From an uncultured Clostridia bacterium (GTDB lineage Bacteria; Bacillota; Clostridia; Christensenellales; CALVMC01), in the NCBI GenBank assembly GCA_944342015.1, contig CALVMC010000003.1, positions 5,842-69,841 on the forward strand: DNA of 64,000 nucleotides, given 5' to 3'. Below, in pieces: positions 36,092 through 46,110 of this stretch; positions within the stretch are counted from its first letter, which is position 1, and the number at the start of each line of letters is the position of its first letter. The position numbers and the translations under genes are program-made. The notes under the pieces were generated by a model. That model saw only the letters and a program-made list of their open reading frames with translations. It ran no database searches and had not been told where the DNA came from.

Positions 36092-38136
36092 ATCTTTCCT
36101 CTTTTAAGTTTTTTCTGCATAAACATTACCGTGAGATTTATCAATGCTGTAATAATCAACAGTACGCTTGCCGTTGCGTATGCGCTATTAATATACAAAC
36201 CTTCGCCGGCAAACATCCACATCATAACCGCAAAACTGCTTCCGGGGTCCATTATGGAAGAGGGCGTATAAGCGACCGCTCCTGCGGTATAAATAAGTGC
36301 TGCCGACTCGCCCACTATTCTACCTATCGAAAGAAGAATTGCGGTTACTATTCCGTTAAGAGCCGAGGGAAGAACGAGTTTGAAAATCGTTCTTACCTTT
36401 CCCGCACCCAACGCAAAACTTCCCTCTCTTATGTTTTCGGGCACGGCAAGAAGACTTTCTTCCGTTGACCTTATAATTGTCGGCAATATGATTATAGTAA
36501 GGGTAAGTCCTCCTGCAAGTATGCTGTATCCCATTTTCATGATATCGCAAAACAAAATCATTCCGAAGAGTCCGAATATAATGCTCGGTATTCCTGCAAG
36601 GGTATCGGTAAACAGTCTTATAATTTTTACCGTTCTGCTTCCTTTTTTAGAATATTCCACAAGATAAATTGCGCTTGCGATTCCTATTGGAAGAGCGATA
36701 ATCAAACTTATCAGAATAAGAAGACCGGTAGTAATAAACGCAGGAAGCAAAGTCATACCGCCGTTACCGCTTTTTCCGAAAAGAAAATCCAAAGTTATGT
36801 TCGGAAGACCCTTTATCAATATAAAAGCAATTAAAAACACAAGTGCGGAAAATATGATACAGGCGGAAATTACCGATATATATTTTAAAAATTTATATAA
36901 GCCGTTTTTTCTTCTGAACACGGGATAAACAAAGGTTAAGGCCGTATCTCCTTTGTTTGTTTTTTCTTGACTGCCGTTTGAAGATACAGTTTCATTTAAC
37001 TTTACAAATGAAGATTTATTCAAATTAAAGGAAGACTTATTTGAATTATTATCTGAAATTTCCGCATTTTTTTCGGCTTTGAAATTGCAGACGCCCGATA
37101 AGGATTCGGCGGTTTTTTTGATTTTTTTACCGAACATAATTTCTTTGATTTTTTTGAAAATTCCCGTATCTTTCTTTTTATCGTTTTTAAGAAAACCTAT
37201 CGATAAATTCAAAAGAAGAATAAATACAAGAAGTACAAAGCCTGTTGCGATAAGGGCTTCTCTGTGAAGTCCGGTAGAGTAAGACATTTCGAGAACTATA
37301 TTTATCGTAAGGGTTCTTATGCTTGTAAAAAGTCCTGTGGGAAAGAGGACGGAATTTCCGGCAAGCATAATTACCGCCATAGTTTCCCCGATTGCCCGCC
37401 CCGTGCCTAAAACTATTCCCGTTATGATACCCGACTTCGAGGAAGGTATAACGACCTTGAAAACAGCCTGCTCTTTCGTAGAGCCTAATGCTACCGCTCC
37501 GTCAAAGTAGTGAGAGGGCGAAGCTTCCATGGCGTTTTTCGATATGCTTGCAACCGTCGGAAGTATCATAAGACTTAAAATAAGAACGCAGGCTAAAAGC
37601 CCTTTTCCTGAGCCCGTACCCGAAATTTTCGAAAGCATGGGAACAAGTATCACAAGTCCGAAAAATCCGTAAATAATAGAAGGAATACCGGCAAGAAGAT
37701 TTATCGTCTGAGAGAAAATCTCCTTTAATTTTTTAGGACAGAAATATGTAATGAAAACAGCCGTAAATACCCCGAGCGTACCGCCTAAAATAACCGCTCC
37801 GAAAGTTACCGCAAGAGAAGATACAATCATCTGAAATATACCGAACCTTTCGGTGACTTCCAAAAATTCTTTTGTAGGCGCCCAAGTCGTTCCGAAAATA
37901 AAGTTAAAAAATCCTATTTCTCTGAAAGCCGGAATACTTGCGTAAAGTATATAAAATATAATCGCAAAAACCGCAATAACGGAAAATACGGCAGCGGACA
38001 TAAAGACCGCTTTTGCCGAATTTTCTTTGACTTTGGAAACATTTATTTTATTTTTTTTAACTCTTTCGGAAGATTTTTCTTTCATATCGAATACCGTTTT
38101 TTCGGTTTTCAATCTTTCCTTTTTGCTTGTTATCAT
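36088..38136 (-). CDS. pstCA: Fused phosphate ABC permease PstC-PstA
   Basis: 682 aa. Two permease halves, each with an EAA-like loop ([20 protein letters not shown]), are joined by a ~70-aa low-complexity S/N/K linker. Confidence 0.88.
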   Translation of the reverse strand: MITSKKERLKTEKTVFDMKEKSSERVKKNKINVSKVKENSAKAVFMSAAVFSVIAVFAIIFYILYASIPAFREIGFFNFIFGTTWAPTKEFLEVTERFGIFQMIVSSLAVTFGAVILGGTLGVFTAVFITYFCPKKLKEIFSQTINLLAGIPSIIYGFFGLVILVPMLSKISGTGSGKGLLACVLILSLMILPTVASISKNAMEASPSHYFDGAVALGSTKEQAVFKVVIPSSKSGIITGIVLGTGRAIGETMAVIMLAGNSVLFPTGLFTSIRTLTINIVLEMSYSTGLHREALIATGFVLLVFILLLNLSIGFLKNDKKKDTGIFKKIKEIMFGKKIKKTAESLSGVCNFKAEKNAEISDNNSNKSSFNLNKSSFVKLNETVSSNGSQEKTNKGDTALTFVYPVFRRKNGLYKFLKYISVISACIIFSALVFLIAFILIKGLPNITLDFLFGKSGNGGMTLLPAFITTGLLILISLIIALPIGIASAIYLVEYSKKGSRTVKIIRLFTDTLAGIPSIIFGLFGMILFCDIMKMGYSILAGGLTLTIIILPTIIRSTEESLLAVPENIREGSFALGAGKVRTIFKLVLPSALNGIVTAILLSIGRIVGESAALIYTAGAVAYTPSSIMDPGSSFAVMMWMFAGEGLYINSAYATASVLLIITALINLTVMFMQKKLKRGKI

Positions 38137-38954
38137 AGTATCGAAATGTATCCTTTTTCAACAACAATTTGCTGACCTTTATCGCTTAGTATAAAGTCTA
38201 TGAATTTCTGAACTTCTTCCGAAACATTGCCTTCTTTTGTAACTATATTGAAAGGACGGGATAAAGTATAGGTTCCGCTTTTAATATTTTCCACATTCCC
38301 CTCTACTCCGTTGAATGTCAAGGCTTTTACTGTGTCGTTAAGGGAACCTAACGAGATGTACCCGATTTTAGAAGCATTTGAAACTATTTCCGTCATAACA
38401 TAACCTGTACTGTTCTGTATGTCGATAACGCTTGCAAAACTCTCTTTGTCGGAAAGCTTTTCTCCGCTGTCGCTCTTTATAAGAGAATCGAAAGCGTCTC
38501 TCGTTCCGCTGCCCTCCTCTCTTGATATTCCGCCGGTTACAGAACCTATCGCCGTTCCGTTCACGAATAAATCAAACAGCTGCTGGCTTGTTACATTTGT
38601 AATATCGCTTTCTTTGTTTGCTATAACTACAACGCCGTCTATACATATTTTTGTTGCCTTAACTCCCGTCTCACCGCTTTTTAAGTCACGGGAAGCCATA
38701 CCTATATCGTTTCTTCCGTTTAAAGTATCGGTTATACCGGTCGTGGAATCGCTCATCGTAACTTTAACAGTCACATCGTTTGTTTTTTCGTATTCGGCAG
38801 CAAGCGCCTGCATAAGCGGATAAACCGAAGAAGAACCTGTTATCGTAATGGTCGTCCCGCCGAAATTACAGCCGCTGAGTACGCTTATTGCAATACATGC
38901 GGTAATGATTATTGCAATCATCGCTATTGAAAACTTTGACTTTGCCTTTAACAT
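38133..38954 (-). CDS. pstS: Phosphate-binding lipoprotein PstS
   Basis: The signal peptide has the lipobox LSGC. TGSSSVYPL and GSGTRD motifs are present. Confidence 0.88.
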   Translation of the reverse strand: MLKAKSKFSIAMIAIIITACIAISVLSGCNFGGTTITITGSSSVYPLMQALAAEYEKTNDVTVKVTMSDSTTGITDTLNGRNDIGMASRDLKSGETGVKATKICIDGVVVIANKESDITNVTSQQLFDLFVNGTAIGSVTGGISREEGSGTRDAFDSLIKSDSGEKLSDKESFASVIDIQNSTGYVMTEIVSNASKIGYISLGSLNDTVKALTFNGVEGNVENIKSGTYTLSRPFNIVTKEGNVSEEVQKFIDFILSDKGQQIVVEKGYISIL

Positions 38955-39032
38955 TTTTTTATCTCCTTTTTTTTATTTCGGTTACATTATACGAAGATAA
39001 AAAATATCATACTATCACGAAAGGGTAATATC

Positions 39033-39052
39033 TTTGTAAAGTTTTTGTAAAG
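39033..39052 (-). promoter_or_regulatory. Pho-box-like direct repeat upstream of pstS
   Basis: The minus strand reads CTTTACAAAAACTTTACAAA. This is two TTTACA hexamers at 11-bp spacing, about 80 nt upstream of the pstS ATG. Confidence 0.45.
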
Positions 39053-39279
39053 TCGCAAAATATCGATGATGTTAATTATAAAATTTAGATATTAATTTTT
39101 GAATTTAGATTTGTATTGAAAAATAAAATAGTTCGTTATCACTGATAACAAATTGAAAATTCTATTAAAAAATTATTAATATTAAAAAAATCATTAAATA
39201 GATTAAAGTATATCGGTTTTTAAAGGAAAATCAATTTAAGATTTTATCGGATTGAATAATAATATTAGTTTTCGCAAAA

Positions 39280-40035
39280 TTATTGGTCTTGGTAAATTAC
39301 GAGAATATATCCTTTTTCGGAAATTACTTTTGCTTTTTGCCCTTTTAAAAATTCGTTGCTCACTCCTAAGGGAAAATCGTCGGTTATGGTTTTACTTTTC
39401 AAAGGATATTTCAAGTTTTCGAGAGTAACCGTACTTCTTCCGCTGAGCGAAAATACCGAAATGTATCCTTTTTCCTGCCCCGAAAAAGTTATAGAGCTTT
39501 TATTGAGTACGGTAAAAACTCTGTCTTTTGCCATAATTTTTGCGTCGCAACCTTTTTTGACAAGGTATTTTACAAGCTGAATATTTGCAAAAGTATGGTC
39601 TTCCCTTCCGCCTGTAACCGCATAAAACACAAAGTCGTTGCAGCCTTTTTTTAAAGCGAAATTCGCTGCGGCAACGGTATCGGTATCGTTCTTTTCCTTG
39701 GGAAGAAATATTTTTTCAATGTTTTTTTTAAATGCGCTCTCTTTACCGGGGTAAATTTCTTCTATTTTATTAGGCGTGTCGCAAGGACTTTCGAATAGAG
39801 ATAAACGGTTTTCTTCGCTTCCGTTTATGATTTCGGAATCGCAATCGCCGATAAAAACATCGAAAGATACATTTTGCTCTTCGAGATATTTTATGCCGCC
39901 GTCGGCTGCAATAACGAGAAAGGCGTCTTTCGTGTCGATTTTTCTTCCGCCTAATTCGCCTGCGCCGACAATCACGCATTTTTTAATATTTTGAGACACT
40001 TGCTTCCGTCCTTTTGTAATAAAATTTACTTTCAA
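39280..40035 (-). CDS. thiN: Thiamine pyrophosphokinase-like protein
   Basis: IAADGG...FIGDCDS and KNDTDT motifs resemble the TPK catalytic motifs (GDFDS, KDxTD). It is longer than typical TPKs. Confidence 0.6.
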   Translation of the reverse strand: MKVNFITKGRKQVSQNIKKCVIVGAGELGGRKIDTKDAFLVIAADGGIKYLEEQNVSFDVFIGDCDSEIINGSEENRLSLFESPCDTPNKIEEIYPGKESAFKKNIEKIFLPKEKNDTDTVAAANFALKKGCNDFVFYAVTGGREDHTFANIQLVKYLVKKGCDAKIMAKDRVFTVLNKSSITFSGQEKGYISVFSLSGRSTVTLENLKYPLKSKTITDDFPLGVSNEFLKGQKAKVISEKGYILVIYQDQ

Positions 40036-40106
40036 AAATTTTATTTTAATTTCTTTAAATGTTCCTGATTTTTGTAAAACAAAATATAAGATTTTTTTAT
40101 ATCGGT

Positions 40107-41564
40107 TTACTTTTTACCCGTTTCTTCTTCGTCCTTTATTCCGTTGGCAAGTTTATAAAGTTTAACTGAATTGTCAATGGTTTTTTCCTTAGCCTCGTTT
40201 CCGTATCTGTCGACATCGGCAAGATTTTTAGGTCCGTGATGAAGACAAAGGGCACCGTTCAGACAGCCGCCGTCGCAAGCCATTCCTTCGAAAAAGTTAT
40301 ATTCGCTCTTCTTTATTTTAAGTTTGAGAAGATTTAATTTGCACTCGTCTATTCCGTTCATTGCAACGGGATTGACTCCCTTTATTCCCATAGACTCTGA
40401 TACATCTTTGACTCCCCTTGCGATACCGCCGGACTTGGCGAATATTCTTCCGTAAAAAGAAGCGTTATCGAGAACGGTATCGTCAAGTTTTGTTACATCT
40501 ACATCTCTTGCGTCGAAAAAGGCTTGAAGTTCTTCGAATGATATAACCGAATCTATATACTTGTTTGCCTTTTCGGTTTTGTATTCCATTTTCTTGCTTG
40601 TGCAAGGTCCGATAAAGACAACTTTTGCTGTTTTATCTGAACTTTTTATGAGCTTTGCCGTTTCGACCATAGGGGAAACCGAACTCGATATGTACTGTCT
40701 GAATTCGGGAAAATATTTTTCCACATACATAACAAAAGACGGACAGCAGGAAGTAGTAAGCAGTCCCTTTTCCTTAAACTCGTTGACTTCGTGATATAAT
40801 GTTATATCGGCGCCGAGAGCCGCTTCAACCACCTGATGAAAGCCGAGTTTATGTATACCGCTGACAACCTGTTCTATGCGCGCATATTTGAACTGACTTA
40901 CAATGGAAGGCGCAATTACGGCATACACTTTATAATTTTTGTTTTCATTTGAATTTTTAAGTATATCGATAGTTTCCATAACGAAAGACTTGTCGGCAAT
41001 AGCGCCGAAAGGACACTGATAAACGCATGCTCCACAGGAAATACATTTATCGTTATCGATTTTCGCCTTTTTGTTTTCGTCCATGGTGATTGCCTTTACC
41101 TTACAGCTCATAACGCAAGGTCTGTGCTGTTCGATAATAGCATTATAAGGACAAGCTTTTTTACAGAGTCCGCACTCGATACATTTGCTTTTATCTATAA
41201 CCGCCTTTTTATCGATTATGGAAATAGCGCCCTTAGGACAAGCCTCGGCACAGCCGTGGAATATACAGCCTCTGCAAGCCTGCGTTACGAAAACGCCGCC
41301 GATAGGACACTCGTCGCAGGCAATATCGAGAACTTCGATAACATTCGGGTTGTTTTTATCACCGCCTAAGGCAAGTTTTATTCTCTCTTGCAGTATTGCT
41401 CTTTCCTTATAAATGCAGCACCTTAAATTCGCCTTAGGGCCCGGGGAAATCATTTTCGGAATATCTACATAGATATTGTCTATATTGTTCTCATAAGCGT
41501 TTCTTATCAACGCTTTAAGAACTTCGTATTTGATTTGCTGTACATTGGTATCGAAAATTCTCAT
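40107..41564 (-). CDS. [FeFe]-hydrogenase-type protein with a complete H-cluster motif set
   Basis: Two ferredoxin-like CxxCxxCxxxCP motifs are present, with TSCCPSF (P1), GPCTSKKME (P2) and EGMACDGGCLNG (P3). Confidence 0.8.
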   Translation of the reverse strand: MRIFDTNVQQIKYEVLKALIRNAYENNIDNIYVDIPKMISPGPKANLRCCIYKERAILQERIKLALGGDKNNPNVIEVLDIACDECPIGGVFVTQACRGCIFHGCAEACPKGAISIIDKKAVIDKSKCIECGLCKKACPYNAIIEQHRPCVMSCKVKAITMDENKKAKIDNDKCISCGACVYQCPFGAIADKSFVMETIDILKNSNENKNYKVYAVIAPSIVSQFKYARIEQVVSGIHKLGFHQVVEAALGADITLYHEVNEFKEKGLLTTSCCPSFVMYVEKYFPEFRQYISSSVSPMVETAKLIKSSDKTAKVVFIGPCTSKKMEYKTEKANKYIDSVISFEELQAFFDARDVDVTKLDDTVLDNASFYGRIFAKSGGIARGVKDVSESMGIKGVNPVAMNGIDECKLNLLKLKIKKSEYNFFEGMACDGGCLNGALCLHHGPKNLADVDRYGNEAKEKTIDNSVKLYKLANGIKDEEETGKK

Positions 41565-42094
41565 AATGTTTCCTCTTTAATTTTTTTACCGTTTAAAGAA
41601 TATAAAGAAATTGTGTTGTTATCTATCATTACGAAACTTTTTCTTCCGTCTTTGGGAAGAGAAACCGAACCGGGATTAACATAAAGAACACTGCCGTCCC
41701 TTTCGATAAGTCCGATATGGAAATGCCCGTAAAAGACTGCGTCGTAAACGCCTTTGGGGGGATTTTCGGAATTGAAGTTATGTCCGTGGCTGAAAAATAT
41801 TTTTTTGGAACCTGAAAACAAAACGGCATTATCCGCAAAATCGAAAGGAGCAATCATAGCGTCTACTTCACTGTCGCAGTTGCCTTTGACTACTATAAGT
41901 TCTTTTTTAAAATCGCTTAAAAGTTCTGCCGTTTCCATAGGATTATAACCTTCGGGCAGCGGATTTCTCGGTCCGTGATAAAAAATATCGCCGAGAAGAA
42001 CAAGTTTTTCCGCACCGGAATTTTTATAAAATTCCAGAAGTTTTTTAAGGCAGACCGCCGAACCGTGAATATCGGACGCTACAAGTATTTTCAT
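41561..42094 (-). CDS. YfcE/MJ0936-family metallophosphoesterase
   Basis: The motifs DIHGS, GDIFYHG, GNCD and HGH are present. Confidence 0.8.
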   Translation of the reverse strand: MKILVASDIHGSAVCLKKLLEFYKNSGAEKLVLLGDIFYHGPRNPLPEGYNPMETAELLSDFKKELIVVKGNCDSEVDAMIAPFDFADNAVLFSGSKKIFFSHGHNFNSENPPKGVYDAVFYGHFHIGLIERDGSVLYVNPGSVSLPKDGRKSFVMIDNNTISLYSLNGKKIKEETL

Positions 42095-42104
42095 ATATCC
42101 TCCG

Positions 42105-43265
42105 TCAGTCGTAATTTACGGTGACTTTCTTACCCATAAGTTTTAAGTTTTTGGCAAGAGAGTCGATAAGTTTAAGTTTCATTGTTATATCGATAGGGAG
42201 TCCCTGATGAGCTGCGTTCATACTTTGTCCTACAAAGAAAGTCACTTCGGTAGCCTCCTCGAAGAGCATGTTCGCAAGAAGAGAAGCGCCGTCTTTTTTT
42301 GAAGAAAGTTTGGGCGAAAGGTCGCTTGGCGAGAGATACTTTTCGGAAAGCTCTAAAAGTTTTCTTATCGTGAGAACCCCTTCCGTCGTAAGGTCTATAC
42401 CTTCTATAAAACCGATAGGCGGAACTTCGGGGTCGGGAAAATCAAAAGTCGTTTTGACTTCTTTATTGAGATATCTTGCAACTATCTGAGAACTTGTTCC
42501 GCCGCAAACTATTTTTTTACCTTTTTCCGCCATAAATCTTTCCACATAGAAGTTATCGAGATTTTTATCTACGGGAGGACCTACCATCATACTTACATGA
42601 AGGCTTTCTCTCAAACGAACGGCGGCAACGGTGGTATCGTCGCCGGGCTTACCCATATAAAGGTCGTTGCAGGCGGCGGCAAGAAGGCAGGCTATACATC
42701 TTGCGCTCATGTCCTTATTAATGTTTTTATTAAGAAAATCTATAACCTGAGGTCTTTGCCACCCGAAATTCAAAAGCATACCTATTCCTGCGTGAATGAC
42801 GCCGTCGCTCATTATAACTATGACATCGTTACATTTTAAGTTAAGTCTGGTTTTATATACCTTTTTACCGAGAATCACCATTTCTTCTCTGTTTTCGAAG
42901 TCTTTGCATATACCGTCGCTTATGTAAATTGCCTGAGGATTATCGAACTCGAAAAGATACCCTTCCCCTTTATCGTTTATATGTATTACCGAAAAGGTGG
43001 CATAGGCAACTCCTCTGACCTTGCAAACGGGAAGAGATTGAAGTATTGTTTCCACGCACTCTTTTATATCGATTTTATTGGAAACCATGGTGCAAAGAAT
43101 TTTGGAAGTCAAAGTTGCAAGAATATTAGCTTTAACTCCGCTTCCCATACCGTCGGCAAGCACTACGGTTGTGTAATCGCCGAGTTTTACCGTTTCCACT
43201 TTATCGCCGCAAAGTTCTTCGTTCTGCTTGTTTAAAGAGGTGTACCCCGTTTCAAGAAAGAGCAT
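42105..43265 (-). CDS. SpoIIE/PP2C-family serine phosphatase with an extra C-terminal domain
   Basis: LCGDKVE...ADGMGSG...DGV...GDDTTV are PP2C/SpoIIE motifs. It overlaps the HydS-like gene by 14 nt. Confidence 0.8.
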   Translation of the reverse strand: MLFLETGYTSLNKQNEELCGDKVETVKLGDYTTVVLADGMGSGVKANILATLTSKILCTMVSNKIDIKECVETILQSLPVCKVRGVAYATFSVIHINDKGEGYLFEFDNPQAIYISDGICKDFENREEMVILGKKVYKTRLNLKCNDVIVIMSDGVIHAGIGMLLNFGWQRPQVIDFLNKNINKDMSARCIACLLAAACNDLYMGKPGDDTTVAAVRLRESLHVSMMVGPPVDKNLDNFYVERFMAEKGKKIVCGGTSSQIVARYLNKEVKTTFDFPDPEVPPIGFIEGIDLTTEGVLTIRKLLELSEKYLSPSDLSPKLSSKKDGASLLANMLFEEATEVTFFVGQSMNAAHQGLPIDITMKLKLIDSLAKNLKLMGKKVTVNYD

Positions 43266-44961
43266 CGTCTGAGTTATCCTCCCCGCTTTCGCTTTGAAGA
43301 GTCTTTTTAAGCTGTAAAAGAGCTACCTTTGTTTCGGCGGTCGTCTCGCCTAAAAGAGAAGCTATTTCCTGTGCGACTCTCATCTGCTTTCTTATCACCT
43401 CGTCGGTTGTGGAAAGGGTTTTAAGTTTAACGGAATTGAGTTTTTCGTCATACATAGTCTCTTCCGTAACGTCTTTCATTATGGCGCAAAGCATATTGTG
43501 GTCTTTTAGAAGAATAACGGAAAGTTTAACGAATTTTTTGGTTTTTTCGAGATATACCTTTTTGTCTTCGAGATTTTTACCGTCGTTCAGCGCAAGTACG
43601 AAATCGGTAGGATTGACGAATTCCACAACGTCTCTTCCCTTGATATTTTCTTCTTTAACTCCCCAAAGGTGTTTTGCCTTGTCGTTGATTTCTATTATTT
43701 TCAGTTCGTTATCCATAACGACGATACCGTTGGGACTGTTTTTGATAACTTCAAAGGACATAGACTCTGCGCGCTTTCTCATATAAGGAACGCACATTTC
43801 TATATCGGCAAAGCCGCAGGCGACAGCCCACGCTTTTTCACGGCATGTGGAATATCCGCAGCTGCCGCAGTTGAGTTCGTCTTCCGGCGTTAACTTGCCG
43901 GTTTTTGCAAGTATGTTTTTAATTTCTTTTTCGGAAGGCTGATAATTTCTGAGTTCGGTTTTTTTATGTTTTTTTGAAAAATCTATATCGTAATTAACAT
44001 CCGATAAAGTTTCCTTTTCGCATTTTGCGTACTTACGGACATCGAATACGGCTTTTGTCAGTCCGCCTTCGCAAGGCAGAGCGCAAGGACCGTTTATACA
44101 TGCGCCTTGACAAGCGTTGAGTTCGAGAAACATTTTATCGAGTTTATCGATATTTTCCAAAGTTTCCTTGCAAGCCTCTACTCCGTCTACTGCTATATAC
44201 TCGTAATCGGAATCGGTTTTTTCGAAAGACTTTATAATTCCCCGCTGTATAGGATAATAACGGGCTTTAAGACCTTCGCCCTTTATATCGTCGGAAGGAA
44301 TGTTTTTTAAATCGATATTCTTTTCCCTCAATATTTCGTCGAGTTCTTCAAAAGTAAGAACTCCCGAAATAAGTCCGCTTTCTCTACCTTCTTTCTTTTT
44401 AGCGATACAAGGTCCGATAAAGACCACTTCGCAATCGGGAAAACGCTTTTTAAGGATTTTAGCGTGTGCCGCCATAGGAGTCAGAACGGGGGCAAGATAA
44501 TTCAAAGCTTTGGGATAATACTTGGAAATCATATCGTTAACGGCGGGACAAGCCGAACTTATAAGGATTTTGTATTTTCTGCCCGAAAGGAGCTTTGCGT
44601 ATTCGTCGGTTACGGCTTTTGCGCCTATTGCCGTCTCTTCGGCATCGAAAAAACCTAATTTTAAAAGAGCATTTTTCATAACCGAAAAATCGTCAATTTT
44701 AAAACTTGCGACAAACGACGGGGCAACGCTTGCGATAATCTTTTTGCCGGATTTCAAAAGAGAAAGAATATCGTCCTTTTCCTCGTGTACCTTTTTTGCG
44801 TTCTGCGGACATACGTTAGTGCATCTTCCGCAAAGAATACATCTTTCTTCAATAATCCTTGCCTGATGATTTTTAAATTCTATTGCCTTTACGGGACACT
44901 CTCTTAAACACTTATAGCAATCTTTACAATTTGCGTCTTTAAAGTCGAGATAATTAACCAT
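43252..44961 (-). CDS. Sensory [FeFe]-hydrogenase-like protein (HydS type) with a C-terminal 4-Cys region and a PAS domain
   Basis: There is an N-terminal ferredoxin domain. The H-domain motifs are altered: SSACP instead of TSCCP, then GPCIAKKKE, then ELNACQGACING. CGSCGYSTC follows, and then a PAS-like segment (SPNGIVVMDNELKIIEIN). Confidence 0.8.
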   Translation of the reverse strand: MVNYLDFKDANCKDCYKCLRECPVKAIEFKNHQARIIEERCILCGRCTNVCPQNAKKVHEEKDDILSLLKSGKKIIASVAPSFVASFKIDDFSVMKNALLKLGFFDAEETAIGAKAVTDEYAKLLSGRKYKILISSACPAVNDMISKYYPKALNYLAPVLTPMAAHAKILKKRFPDCEVVFIGPCIAKKKEGRESGLISGVLTFEELDEILREKNIDLKNIPSDDIKGEGLKARYYPIQRGIIKSFEKTDSDYEYIAVDGVEACKETLENIDKLDKMFLELNACQGACINGPCALPCEGGLTKAVFDVRKYAKCEKETLSDVNYDIDFSKKHKKTELRNYQPSEKEIKNILAKTGKLTPEDELNCGSCGYSTCREKAWAVACGFADIEMCVPYMRKRAESMSFEVIKNSPNGIVVMDNELKIIEINDKAKHLWGVKEENIKGRDVVEFVNPTDFVLALNDGKNLEDKKVYLEKTKKFVKLSVILLKDHNMLCAIMKDVTEETMYDEKLNSVKLKTLSTTDEVIRKQMRVAQEIASLLGETTAETKVALLQLKKTLQSESGEDNSDDALS

Positions 44962-44983
44962 AATACACCTTAAAAAACAGTCT

Positions 44984-45229
44984 TCATTTTAAAGAAGACA
45001 TAATTTCTTTAACGAAAATTTCCTCGGTATTATTTTCGTTGACGCCGTCAATGAATCTGTCGTCGGCAAGAACGGTAACGCCTGTCGAACAGCGTCCTAA
45101 GCAAAAACTCGCTTGTAGTTCCACTTTGTCGGAAACATTGTATTTTTCGATAAGCTTTTTAAAATTTTCTATAACGGCATAAGAGCCTTTAAGATGGCAA
45201 GAGCTGCCAACGCAAACTTTAACTATCAT
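44984..45229 (-). CDS. Thioredoxin-like [2Fe-2S] ferredoxin (NuoE/HydC-like) small protein
   Basis: 81 aa with the Cys pattern CVGSSCHLKG...CLGRCSTG. Confidence 0.75.
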   Translation of the reverse strand: MIVKVCVGSSCHLKGSYAVIENFKKLIEKYNVSDKVELQASFCLGRCSTGVTVLADDRFIDGVNENNTEEIFVKEIMSSLK

Positions 45230-45244
45230 AAATCCTCCCTGAGT

Positions 45245-45341
45245 AAAAAAAACGGCGTTTTTATTATCTTTATTGTAACATAAATATAAGCCAAAATAAC
45301 TGTAAAATTATGTTATCGATAAAAATTTTTAAAAACGCCGT
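45245..45341 (-). promoter_or_regulatory. Long-range inverted repeat plus a U-tract in the leader of the hydrogenase-sensor operon
   Basis: On the minus strand, ACGGCGTTTTT (45341-45331) pairs with AAAAACGCCGT (45262-45252) across a 68-nt loop. A T8 run follows, then the GGGAGG RBS. An extended -10 (TGTTACAAT) lies inside the loop. Confidence 0.4.
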
Positions 45342-45359
45342 AACAAAAATATTTTTATT

Positions 45360-46109
45360 TTATTCGTAATCTACGACATTTGCCCATTTGAGAAGGAACT
45401 CTCTTTCCTCGGGAAGACTTTTAACAAGCTGCGAAGCGGCGAGAATGGGAAGCCAACCTTGAATATACTGTTTAGCGGTATCTGTTTTTGCGCAGAATTT
45501 GTCGAGATAAATATCGGCGGTTTTTTTATCGTAGTAAAGATTGAAATAGAGATAGGTTCTTGCAGCGTCGGCGCCTGCGTTGCCCTGAGTTGCGTGAGAC
45601 CAGTCTATGATATAATTTTTACCGTCATCGCCTACGATAATGTTGCTCGGGTTAAAATCTCCGTGACAGAGTTTGTTGTGCTTGGGCATACCTGAAATTC
45701 TCGTATTGAGTTCGTAACGGGTAGTTGCGTCCAAGCCCGATTCGTCTATTTTTCTGTGCATTTTGTCGTGCCACTTATTGAGCAAAGGACAGGTTCTTTT
45801 GTGCATATCGTTCTGAATATCGACAAACATATCCATATACTCGTCGAACTTTTTCGGATTTTCCTTCATAAGTTCTGCAAGGGTTTTTCCTTTGATATAG
45901 TCCATTACGAGAGCGAGTTTTCCGTCTATTTTGGTAACTTCCTCCACTTTCGGAATATTAAGGTCGGTTTGCTCTACTCTTGCCTGATTCAAAGCTTCGT
46001 TTAAAACATCTGCTTTCGAAAAATCACTGTCAAAGAGTTTTACGCAGTAATTTCCTGCTTTGTAAATTTTTTTACTTTTTCTTTCAGCAATTACTTTTTC
46101 AAGCTCCAT
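45360..46109 (-). CDS. APH/choline-kinase-fold phosphotransferase family protein
   Basis: The catalytic loop is HGDFNPSNIIV and an IDWS motif is present. The ATG lies 1 nt after the adhE stop. Confidence 0.75.
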   Translation of the reverse strand: MELEKVIAERKSKKIYKAGNYCVKLFDSDFSKADVLNEALNQARVEQTDLNIPKVEEVTKIDGKLALVMDYIKGKTLAELMKENPKKFDEYMDMFVDIQNDMHKRTCPLLNKWHDKMHRKIDESGLDATTRYELNTRISGMPKHNKLCHGDFNPSNIIVGDDGKNYIIDWSHATQGNAGADAARTYLYFNLYYDKKTADIYLDKFCAKTDTAKQYIQGWLPILAASQLVKSLPEEREFLLKWANVVDYE

Positions 46110-46110
46110 A

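Noticed and set aside
35394-39979. Arg-rich overlapping ORFs (35394-35639, 36356-36550 and 39770-39979, the last reading MRDCRRRRIRRKK...).
   Set aside because: They arise from alternative frames of CG-containing codons inside pstB, pstCA and thiN. They have no independent start signals.
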